Assembly (NCBI GenBank): GCA_964016885.1
Contig: OZ024743.1
Coordinates: forward strand, 59,768,001 to 59,832,000
DNA: 64,000 bases
Reading direction: 5' to 3'
From: Eledone cirrhosa
Lineage: Eukaryota
Within the stretch, counting starts at the first letter, position 1. The number at the start of each line of letters is the position of its first letter. A program made the position numbers and the translations under genes. The notes below the pieces were generated by a model. The model worked only from the letters and a program-made list of their open reading frames with translations. It did not search any database and had not been told where the DNA came from. Positions 14,291 through 25,640 of the stretch are shown in pieces.

Positions 14291-14621
14291 ATTATAAAAT
14301 AACAGGAGGCTGGACTGGTGTAATTCCTTAATGGTGTATTATACCATGAACATTGTGTGGCAGAGAGACGAGAAGGCGGCCAAAGATTTAACAGTTTCCA
14401 GTCCGGTTGGCGGCCAAAGCGACTGCAAACTGGTAAATGTTTGGCCACCTTCTCGTCTCTCTGCCTTTTCAGCACCATGGATTGTGTCGTTATATTCGTT
14501 TGTTAAATTTCGAATACCTGATGATCTCACCGGATTCGTACTGAACCCGGTCATTGAAATGTTCATAGTATAATAAACCTTTAAGGAATTAAACCAGTCC
14601 AGCCTCATGTTATTTTATAAT
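14291..14621 (+). mobile_element. family D HHR-bearing fold-back element with internal hairpin
   Basis: Outer arms 14291-14354 and 14559-14621; inner hairpin 14359-14465. Confidence 0.7.
14514..14571 (+). ncRNA. type I hammerhead ribozyme (family D)
   Basis: atac CTGATGA ..accgg-attcgtactgaac-ccggt.. GAAA tgttca TA gtat; base of stem II is imperfect. Confidence 0.6.
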
Positions 14622-14637
14622 ATATATATAAACACAC

Positions 14638-14672
<35 letters not shown>

Positions 14673-14751
14673 TACCTGGATCATTTACCGGTTTTGCAGT
14701 TCTTCTGCTTTACAAATGTAGAGTTGAGATGGAGGGTCTGTGGTTTTTCTC

Positions 14752-14810
<59 letters not shown>

Positions 14811-14813
<3 letters not shown>

Positions 14814-15455
14814 GGAAAAGAATGAAACGAAATTTCATTTCTCACACTTAGTACGGCTGATACCTAAATATAAGTATGTATATGTACATACATATATGTG
14901 TACAGACGCACAGTAGTATGTGTATATATACATACATGCACATATATATATATATATGTACGTATGGGTTTTCCGAACATTTATTACAATGTTCGGTTTG
15001 TTTGTAAACAAACAGCCCGTATTATGCCGTACAGTGCTCGGCAACCATCGTCACCCTTTTTGTTCAACACTGACGCAGGAACGATGTACTGATTTCAAGC
15101 TGATTAGCTATCGCAGCATCGTATACCTTTCTGTCAGATGATTGAACGTTTGAAAGTATATACTTTCCTTATGCATATTAACGGCTGAGCAGCCTAATTT
15201 GCATATCGAGTGAGTTAGTCGGTCGGGTATACCCAAAATGATAAATGGAAAAGAATGAAGGGAATTTCATTTCTCATCTTAGTACGCCTGATACGTAAAT
15301 ATGAATATGTATACGTACATACATATATGTATACAGACGCACAGTAGTATGTATATATATACATACATGCATATATATATAAATATATATATATATATGT
15401 ACGTATGGGTTTACCGTACATGTTCGTTTAATGTTCGGTTAATGTTCGGTTTGTA
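14811..15455 (-). mobile_element. family B repeat, about 1.4 tandem monomers, damaged HHR at 15081-15122
   Basis: aatggaaaagaatgaa recurs at 14811 and 15245; minus strand reads acgatg CTG-CGA tagctaatcagctt GAAA tcag TA catcgt. Confidence 0.75.
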
Positions 15456-15456
15456 A

Positions 15457-15487
<31 letters not shown>

Positions 15488-16548
15488 AATTTGTATGTAT
15501 ATATATATCAGGACAGAACTGGTTTTTAACTAGGTAGACCATTATTCAACAGCGTACTCGATACTTGGTGTAGTAGAACATTACTACATTATAATGAGTC
15601 GGGTTCCACCAACTGAAATCTTGTCGCTAAACAAGCTAGTTTCTGAAAGTGCAACTAGCTATTGAATCGGCAAGAGCTCAGCCGTTGGTCATAGACCCTT
15701 TCGAAACAATATGCTGGAAGTCAATATAGGAAAGCATATAATTTTGACACATTTGTGCATGGGCTGAACTGAGATCAGGTAAGGTATCACTCTCTTGATA
15801 ACGACCAGTGTCAGAAACGATGTTCAACGTCAACTATTACCCACCCTTGCTTCTGCTCACATCCGCTAGATGGTACTACCTCATCAGAGTATCTCAGACC
15901 TATGTTCTTACATCACTTTACAACATTTTGAGATACGCTTTCATGGCAGTTTGGCATCAAACGGATTAAGTAATTCTCATGATCTCTCAACCATTTGGTT
16001 GAAATGGTCTTATTCCTGAAACCAAAAACCGTTATAACGTAAACATATGTATGCTGTTATATCTGTAAACACCTGTAAGGTCCACGTATATTTCGATATT
16101 CGTGGGTTGAATGGACTTCACTAACATAGATGTAAATAGAAATAATAATATGAGTGTTAAAATGAAATATTGATGTCGAATGACTCTAAGTATATACTAG
16201 TGTCGCTTGTACAATGTTATATCCAACGATTTATATTTAAATATTAAGTGAAACTGGGATTTGGCATCTATTTGTGAATGAATTTCATCATTTGGTGTCA
16301 GCAGATATAGAAGCAGTGGATTGGCAAAAAGTTGGCATCTGTCTTATCATTGTGCATCTTGATTTCAAATCCGAAATCCTGTCACCACTAATGTCAGACT
16401 GCAGTAAGAGTGAAATGACAAATGGAAATATACCTTGCTATGTCTAATCAGCTAATCAGCTATTTTCTGTTTTTCTTTCATTTAATTGGTGGAATCTTGC
16501 AGTATTCAGAGTATATTACCGTTTAGAATGTGTTATAGGCTAGGCAAA

Positions 16549-16594
<46 letters not shown>

Positions 16595-17988
16595 CTTACA
16601 AAATTATAGATGTCATGTCTGAGAAAATCATGAACACGCGCGATACCACCTGTAGAGGATGCTCAGATATCCTAAGGAATAAATCCGAACATTTATTAAA
16701 AGTCAAAAGGTCGATTGACATATTTAATTTAAACGTATCAAATATTGACAAGGGCTACTTTATAAAAAGTGTAAGAACACATTGTTACACATTTAGCATG
16801 TCAACATTTAACGAAAACTTCGAATATAGATACTTGACAATAATAATCATTTTCCTCCGTACATATTCCATTATCACATTATCCATTAAATAGCAAATCA
16901 TAGATATATAATCCTGGATCATCAGCGAAGGAAGGGATAAAACTATCTATTCTTACACGGCTAAAGCAAATCCAGGAGAGACGAAAATACTCAGATGTTG
17001 TTAGGAAAAGAAAAAAATCGCGTGAACTAGAAATAGCAGCCGAAATCCTTCTCCGGTCTACTAAAAATGTATTTAGGAGCATATTTTTAATCTAACAAAA
17101 TTATGGATGTCATGCCAGCGAAAATCATTTTTTTTGTCTCCTTTTTCACTATATTGTATTTTACGTTGTTGTATTTGTTTAGTAAGGAGCGCATTAAGGT
17201 ATTCGTGTGTCTGTGTATGCCGTTCTCTTAACAATTACAAAAGCTGGTAATATTCCCCAAACATAATAGCAATTAAATATCTTCAATATAATCATTTAAT
17301 ACTTTTATATTTAAAGACATTTCTTTCTATTCACTGCATATTTTAGTAGACTTCTAATACATTCATATATATATAAATAAATATATATATATATATTTAT
17401 ATATATATACAGAGGGAGAGAGAGAAAAAAGTAAAAGTAAAATAGAGCGAGTGGTGTACAAGTGGAAGTATAGGCACACACATATTTACATGCATTATAT
17501 TTTATATTCAATTTTAATTTATAGGTTGCCATAGAAATATTGATGTAATGTTTGCAAAATGAAAGAAGAATGTTACAATAATGATGATATTCACTCATAA
17601 TCATTTATGTTTTTGAACAGAAACATCAATTAAAAACTAAAATACTTTAAATATCTTCAGTTTATTTCACTCTTTAGATCAGGGTTTCATTTACTATCCC
17701 ACCCATTTCCGTTGTCAAGTGAGATGCAGTAATTTATTTAAACGGTTGATAGTAATAAGCAATAACATTCCTGAAACTAATGGCCATCTCGTTTGTGTTT
17801 TTCAGTATATCGTGTTCCTGCATACGATTGCATAATGGTAAAAAAACAATGATATAAAGCGTTACGAGTCTAGTTCTCTTATACATTCCAAATGTAGATG
17901 TTATAATCAAAATATATCTTTATATTTATTCATATTTTTCAAGGGAGACATCACTTTAAAAGTATAATTGAAATATCATTCAATCTTT

Positions 17989-18114
<126 letters not shown>

Positions 18115-18174
18115 AGCAAATAAGAAAAAGTTTCAAAATAAATTTTTAAAAATTAACTGTACTTACTATGGTTA

Positions 18175-18259
18175 CCTTTATCGTATCGGTTTAGAGTCTC
18201 AAAAATAAATGGACAGTCCATGCGGCCATCCATTGCAAAGATAAACTCTCGTCAGAAGG
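18175..18259 (-). ncRNA. type I hammerhead, damaged copy (GAAA changed to TAAA)
   Basis: cctt CTGACGA gagt..actc TAAA ccgatacga TA aagg. Confidence 0.6.
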
Positions 18260-18656
18260 ATCTTTTAACTCGGAGAATATAAAATTCCCGAGTTCAAATT
18301 ACGAACTGGCGCTATTCAAAATTGTTCCCGAGATGAGAATAAATGATGTGGAATCAATTCCATCCAGTGCCGTGTGTAAAGATAGAAGTAAAGGCAGGAA
18401 GGTCAGTCTACTACCACTCTAACTAGCAGCAGTCAGAACGACCAGATTTTTTTTTCGACAAAGAGGAGAGTAATAATAAAGTATATATCCCTACACGCAA
18501 AGCGTCTAGCGACACATGTATTGTCCAACCATATGCCAATGTGGTTCAATGGCAGGTTAATAAATTAACGAGCCAGAACATATATAATCAAGGTTTAGCA
18601 AATAAGAAAAAGTTTCAAAATAAATTTTAAAAAATGAACTGTACTCACTATGGTTA

Positions 18657-18741
18657 CCTTTACAGAATCGGTTTCGAGTCTCAAAAATAAATGGGCAGTC
18701 CTTACGGCCATCCATTGCAAAGATAAACTCTCGTCAGAAGG
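18657..18741 (-). ncRNA. type I hammerhead ribozyme (family E)
   Basis: cctt CTGACGA gagt..(long stem II)..actc GAAA ccgattctg TA aagg. Confidence 0.75.
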
Positions 18742-18758
18742 ATCTTTTCACTCGGAGA

Positions 18759-18832
<74 letters not shown>

Positions 18833-18852
18833 ATGTGTGTGTGTGTGTGTGT

Positions 18853-18886
<34 letters not shown>

Positions 18887-19541
18887 CGCAACCAAATTGT
18901 TATCAAACGCTTATAACTCGGTCCTTCATAATGTACTAGCAGAGGTACCCGGCGTTGCCCGGTATAACTCTCAATGGAGTAGTCGTTCAAATGAACCGAA
19001 AGACTTCCGTTAAACACGACTATAGAAGTATCCATTTATAGGTGTTGGCCCTAAAGATGGCCTTTGAATGTTCACTTTGAAATATCCCTGTGGCGGTGCT
19101 CCCAGCAAAGACGAATCCGATGGTAACAATTTAAAGTTGGTGGCCCTAAAAAGAACCTTGGACCGTTCACTCTTAAAAGTCTTAGCGGCGTATTTGATTT
19201 GCTTCTTATTTAAGATTGTAACCTAGAAAAGCATGTAACAGTCGGTGGCCACAAAAACAGCCTTGGCAAGATCACGCTGGAATGTCAAAAAAAAATGCGT
19301 AAATAAGATGTAGGGAAAAGTAGATTAATTAGGTTAAAACTACGGAACATCTGTAGCAAAGCATAATAGCAACATATAAATGTGGAAAACGGAGACATTG
19401 AACATGTATAACGTATAGCAAAAGTAACATCAGAGGCGTACCTGGTATTTTCAAAAGGACAAAAATAGCACACGGATACAGCAAATGTAAGGCACTTATA
19501 CAAAAAGAAAGCCAGCGATTACTTGTTGGCGGATGGAGTGC

Positions 19542-22500
19542 CTACAAAACTTCCTTATAGACTATATTTTGGGTTTTTCTCGTGAGCTGCAAAAGCACAT
19601 AGGTTATGTCGGCTCCCCACTCGAGAGCAGCCAACATATAGTTGACTATGGGAGAAGCACGGTTCTTCTAAGTTAAGCCCTACGACTTGTTAATCGACAT
19701 GGCGAAACTGAGTCGGAGAGGAAATTGCAGCCTTCTGAATGTGAAATGAATGTCTTTACCGGATGGAATGAGAGGTGTCCTTGGTATGAAGACAGTATCC
19801 CCCTTACCACATCCTGTAAGTATTGTTGCCTCAATAACATGAGGCATCGCGTTTTGGATGGCCAGACGCGTGCCATTGGAAAGCCTTCGGGGTTAAAAAT
19901 TTCTGAGGAGCATGACAGGCGCACCTTTCTTAAGTCGCAGTAAATGTAGTGGCAAACCGGGAGGATCTAGGGAGTTAAGAAATTATGTGCGGTAATTAAC
20001 AATTTCGTCCGGATCAGCCATAGAGTCAAGTGACTTGTAGACGTGTAGGTTTCCAGACAAGCACAGCATGTTCATTGATGTTTCCAACTATGTGGTTTTT
20101 CGAAGCCAATATTTCGCGTTCACACAACCACTCTTGATTTATGTAGTTCTCCTCAAGATTAGGAAAAACAGACGTCCGTAACTCAGCAATTGACTTAACA
20201 CATCTGCTAATCCCTGTGATGTCCTCTGTACGAACTCCGTCGAGTGGGATCTCCCAACAACAACATGGCAGCAGCAAAACCCGCTGATGTCTCATCACCT
20301 TGCAGTTTTGCTCTCATGTTTTTTGTAAGCGGCAGCTTTCTTACATAATGCCAAAGCGTGGAGGCCTTAAGGCATGCACCAACCTCATCAGCCCACGTAC
20401 CTTTTGGGATTACAGGAAGAGTCTGTCGGAAGTCCCCAGATAACAGGAAAGTTATTGGTCCTTGACAGTACCTGATGTCTCTGAGTGATCGGTATAGTGC
20501 ATCGAAAGCCGCTCTGTGGTTCATTGTGCATTCGTCCCAAACAATAAGTAGGCAGCGCTTTAACACCTGTGCTTTTCCGGAAGACTTGCTGATGTTGCAC
20601 GTGGGTGTCTCAGATGATGCCACGTTGAGAGGAAGACTGAAGGCAGAATGGGCCGTCCTGAAACCAGACAGCAAAGTTGCTGCAATGCCGGAAGAAGCCA
20701 CAGCCAATGCGATGTTTCCGTGTTGCTTCACTGCAGCGAGTAAAAGTTTGATTACAAATGTTTTTTTCCCGTGCCTCCAGGTTCGTCCAGGAAGAATATA
20801 CTCCCTCCCCGATTACGGATGGAATCAACGACAATGTTGTAGGCTTGTTTTTGATCCATTAGAAGTTTTGGTTCATTTTCTTTAACATACCTTATGAGTT
20901 CGTCGACATCATATGACGTTTCACGTATAATGTCGTTGGGAATGTCAGATGGCGCATCTCGAAGTGTATGCGGAAGCCCGTATTTCTCCAAGACATCTCC
21001 GCCCATTAAAGCCACTCTGTCTTCAATATCGATCAGAGCTCTGTTATATATAGCGTCTGAAAAGCCGACATCTAAGTTTTGACATTGCAATTGAGCGAGA
21101 CGCCTATATTCGTCTGCGAAATCATATTTAAACTTTTGCCATAAAGAGTAAGGATCGCTCAATTCACAAACGTGCAAGAGGATAGCAAAAAGTGCTCTTA
21201 GACTACGGGATGATTGTGAGATGGCAGCTTCCGTCAAGGTTGCATCCCATTGTGCGTCATCTTCTAAAAGTCCACGTCTCAAGCAGACTTCCCTGTACGT
21301 TCCGCAGGTGTATCCATCGACGGCCCTCTTACCCCATGAAACAGAAGTCGCAGGTAGAAGCATTCGTGTTGGGTAGGGTGGATCGTATAAACTCTCCCAA
21401 GGCAATTGCCTGGATGTCCAACCACCTCCTGCCCTACCTTCCTTCGTAGCCATTTTGTTCGGTTCCATGTATAGTAAGACGATATTTCAGAATACAGCAG
21501 AGTTCTAGCGAAGTGGTCGTGTTGACAAAGTTTGAAAAAAGCGGTGAGTGTAGTTTCCTTTGGTGAGATCGTTAGCTGAGCAGTTGTTACATCATTGAAA
21601 TACACCCGTTGACCGTTTTCAAGGTGAACGGCAAGTTGTTCAATGACGGGGTGTCGTTGGTACAGTGGGAAGCTAAAAACGCACCAAAAGCTTCATTGCT
21701 GCTAATGAATCGGCCGGCTTGGTATTCAGATACCTCCTCTCTACTGTTTTCATGACGAAGACCAAAGACGGCAGCATCCGATCCCTTGTTTACGTACTTA
21801 CAAACGTATTTAATTGCTTTTGCTGAGTTGCAAAATTCGAAGTTTATATGGGCGTTGAACGATTTCAAATAGAGGGGGCAATATGGCACTATCCAGCTGT
21901 TGTCGATTTCGCGTTCACCAACTTTTACTGTGAACCCACCGTCTTCAGGTCTCCTGCGCCTAAACAACGGATATCCGTCACCGCCAGTCTGTGTTTCCTG
22001 TAAAAACGGCCTGGGATATCGTTTTGTAAACTTTCGTAGTTTATGCACGGGAACTTCATATTGAGTCCATGTCCGCAAGGGCCATGGATCATGTTTGATG
22101 TGACTATAGAGAAGAGGTCCTTGTCAATCGACAGATCAGGTAGTTCGGCAGAAACGAATTTATCGATGTTGTTTGAACTGATTTTTGTAACCAACCAAAT
22201 CAAGATATGGGCATGCGGCAGTCCTCGTTTCTGCCATTCAACCGTGTACATATCGCACCTGACAGGCCCCAAAACATGTCCTTTCTTTAATAAATCAATT
22301 AACTTGGATAATTTCAGGCGAAACACTCTTGCTATGTGATCGTGCCTGTGTCTAAGCGCTTGACCGTGAAACAGTTCGTTTGTAATCTCCTTCCACTTGG
22401 GATTGCATGTAAACGTTATGGTCAGGGCGCCCATAATGCCGTACGTAGGTCATGGCGCCCTGAGTCCTCTCGTGCATGTTAACGTTGAAGGCAAAATACA

Positions 22501-24092
22501 CATTTGCCCTAAATTGTCTGGGGTTACGTCGTTGTTAATTCCATCGTGTAGATGAATGTAGCATTCAGATCGAAGTTTCGTTTGATTTAATTTAGTGAAC
22601 CATAATCTCTTGGACTCCATTTTAACGGCCATATCAACAGCAAATTGTTGGAAAAGGTCCCGAGAACGGTGTAGATGGTTGAATGAATTGTCCCTTACCA
22701 TAAATCGTAGAGCGTAGAAATCCATGCAGGTGACAGTTTTCCTAAGATATGCCTCAACATTGCCTGCCGATGTTGAGGAATGCCGAAATAGTATCCGTCC
22801 TCGCCGTTGACAAATAGCAATGGATACTGGAGTGCATCGTAGGACATGTGTGTCTCATTGATACGTTATAATGTGCTGTCTCGGTGCTTTAGAATGATAT
22901 CTCTCTTATTGTGCTGTTCACCACAAATAACCGCAACAATCTCATTACATGTTGGTGCGTTGAACCGACCAGCATGTTCTCCAGATGGCCTTCGGTCAGC
23001 ATGTATGAAAACACTAAAGTTTTGGTCGGTGGCTGTTTCCAAACTGTACCTGAAACTGCGAACATGGCTGTTTTTGTCATGAAGCATGTCTTGAAGTTTT
23101 ATTATAGTTCCAATGTTTAGTTTCGGACGAAATAGAGTTTCTCATCTTTGCCTGCTCCTGATAGTTTCCAACGAAGTATAACTGGAGAAATTGTGGATCC
23201 TTTTCTGCCAGAGGTTGAGTAGACCCAATCAAGTGGTAAATCTGCCGCTGGAGCTTGAAAGTTGGCATGAACCCACGTACCGAGGCAGGCTTTGCTCCGA
23301 AGGATGTCATCTGAAACGCGGAATTGTAGCGGCGGATATTACGCAGAAACTTCGATGATTCCTCCGTCGTGTCTGTCAAAAGGAGTTGCAATGTATCTGG
23401 AGGGTCGTGAATAGGAGGTAGTCTAAATGTACCGTTTGAACAGCACATTCCATCTCTCTTCCCTGGCCACTTTTTCGTACGACAAAACTGGCAAGTAGAG
23501 GTAATTTGCCCAATTTGAATATATGCTTGGACGGCATAGTCGGAGGAGGGGTCGTAGTTAAAATCTTCAACAACCATCGTGGATTGCAAGTCTTAGTAAT
23601 GTCACGTAACGATGATCGCCGCTGTTAACTTTGCAGAATTCGGCCACGACGTTACCCTATGGTTTCAGTATTTCGTGCAGCAGCAGTTGCAGTGGCGTCC
23701 CTGCTTTGTCGAACGGCGCGTCGTCCTTCATCCTGTCGTGCCCGAGCAGCAGATGTTGCAGTGGCGTCCCTGCTTTGTCGAACGGCGCGTCGTCCTTCAT
23801 CCTCTCGTGCCTGAGCAGCGGATGTCGCAGTGGCGTCCCTTCTACGTCGAACGGCACGTCGTCCTTGAAACCTCTCGTGCGCGAGCAGCAGCAGTCGCAG
23901 CAGCACTTTTGCTCCTGCGAATTTCACGTCGACTGCCATCCTCCTCCGCTCTTGCAGCTGCCGTCTGCACATCATTCTGTAAGAGCCTGATCGCAGTTGC
24001 ATTTACATCTTCGGTGAGACGCCTTCGCTTAGACCTACTTCCATCATTAGATAATCGACCAATGAGCGTTCTTTTCTGGGGGCGGGGGGCAT
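19542..24092 (-). pseudogene. Helitron RepHel protein (HUH Rep + Pif1-like SF1 helicase), many frameshifts and stops
   Basis: ITFTCNPKW; VEWQKRGLPHAHIL; IKYVCKYVNKG; PGGTGK; IVWDECTM; GDFRQTLPV; FAMSINKS; QLYVGCSRV; ends NIVYKEVL*. Confidence 0.92.
23680..23960 (-). repeat. 69-bp coding tandem repeat (23 aa) in the RepHel N-terminus
   Basis: agtggcgtcc at 23691, 23760 and 23829; unit EGRRAVRQSRDATATSAARARQD. Confidence 0.85.
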
Positions 24093-24577
24093 TGTTTTTA
24101 GAGAATTAACCAGGGAGAACGATAAATAGTGGACAAATAACGTTTAAATAAGCCAATCTAAACACGGATATAAATTGTGAAAAAATGTGATAAATCTATG
24201 TGGTCTGAGAAAGCGGGTATCTTTTGTAAGTTTTTGTGTACCAGTCTTCAGGTTTTAAGTTAGGGGCAACGCAGCGGACGGACTACCTGTGATAAAGGAA
24301 ATTAAATAGTGTGGCTACAGTGGTAGGTATATAAGTGTCAGTATGTTTGTTCTGATCGAACACAGCAATAGGTAAGTATTGAAAGGATACAGGCAAAAAT
24401 GGCCGAAAAATCACAGCATGATAAAATGGAACCTTATGACCATAAACACATTAACTAAACCTCCTTTAACCCTTTAGTGTTCAAACCGGCCGTAATTATT
24501 GCCCCTTCATTTGTTCAAACCGTCCAAAATCGGCCGTAACACCCACACTTAAATATTGTTCTAAATATAAACAATAC

Positions 24578-24790
24578 CGGACAGATTTTACAGGCAAAAC
24601 TAACCGGCAAGAGACCCAGGGGTAGGCCCCGACGAAGAGGGTTGGATAACATTCATGAGCTTGGCTGGTCTCGCTTGGGAATCCAACCGGATCGGATGGT
24701 GACAGTTGCTTCTGACAGAACCCACTGGAAGGAATATTTGAGTACTCTACTCCACGACGATCTCAGGAATATGTGGGTAAAGAAGAAGTT
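24578..24790 (+). mobile_element. RTE-like LINE 3' fragment
   Basis: TGKRPRGRPRRR..LDNIHELGWSRLGIQPDRMVTVASDRTHWK, then a gaagaag tail. Confidence 0.65.
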
Positions 24791-25129
24791 GAACATAAAA
24801 CATTAGAATACATTAACGTTTTGTCGAAGTTTTGCAGAAATTGTTTCGTTTTATGTAAGACTCACTAACAGATAAATATAGATTTCGTTTAATATTAAAT
24901 ACTAATTCAGGCACAAGAACAACTATTTAGGGGAAAGGGAAAGTAGATTATATAGAATACAATGCTTGTATGCTAATTTATTAAAATTGACCACGGTGTC
25001 ATTTTAACCCAGAACTAAAATCCGTAATAGATTACCATAAGTAATTTTGTCTGATGGTCGTATGGATAGCCAATCCACGAACCTCAATATCACATTTCAA
25101 TAATATTTCCAATAGAGTGAACCTTCGTC

Positions 25130-25420
25130 GGTTTCACCGATGATTGATCCAGTTATTCGGTCATTGATCAGTTATTCGCTAATTAATGTACATGTGGCTG
25201 AGAATTCCGCTGATACGTGTAATCTTAAAGTTATTCAGCGTGACACAGTGTATTACAAGTATGGCTACTTGAATTACACTTACAGGCATTTTGATGGGTT
25301 TCCAAATTGTTTCCGTCCACACATTTTCACATAAAAGACATAGCTGGACTTGAGGTTATGGTAAATAAATGGGACTTGCGAAGCGAACCTGTTTCCCTTT
25401 GCCGTTCGACCATGCATCAT
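25130..25420 (-). mobile_element. diverged S2 SINE
   Basis: Reverse-complement similarity to 38763-39040; a further relic lies at about 26320-26510. Confidence 0.5.
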
Positions 25421-25546
25421 CCACACTTGTTAATAATTCTAATCACACAGAATGACCGAGTGGTTAAGTATCATTAGGACTTTAGTTGCTACAGTGATCG
25501 TGTGCAAATATCGATTATCATAACCTCGAATCGACACTAGGCTTTA

Positions 25547-25615
<69 letters not shown>

Positions 25616-25640
25616 CAGCAGCAGCAGCAGTAGTAGTAGT
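25547..25640. repeat. (TAG)n/(CAG)n trinucleotide microsatellite
   Basis: Seen directly. Confidence 0.95.

Larger units (their letters stand above)
18115..18765 (-). mobile_element. family E non-coding repeat with two HHRs 482 bp apart (retrozyme-like)
   Basis: Direct repeats about 18115-18285 and 18596-18765, bounded by (TA)n on both sides. Confidence 0.75.
18936..24421 (-). mobile_element. Helitron, near full-length, decayed
   Basis: 3' end on the minus strand is hairpin ccgggcaacgccggg, then CTAG|T at 18936; RepHel coding inside; 5' TC boundary at 24421 is tentative. Confidence 0.9.
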
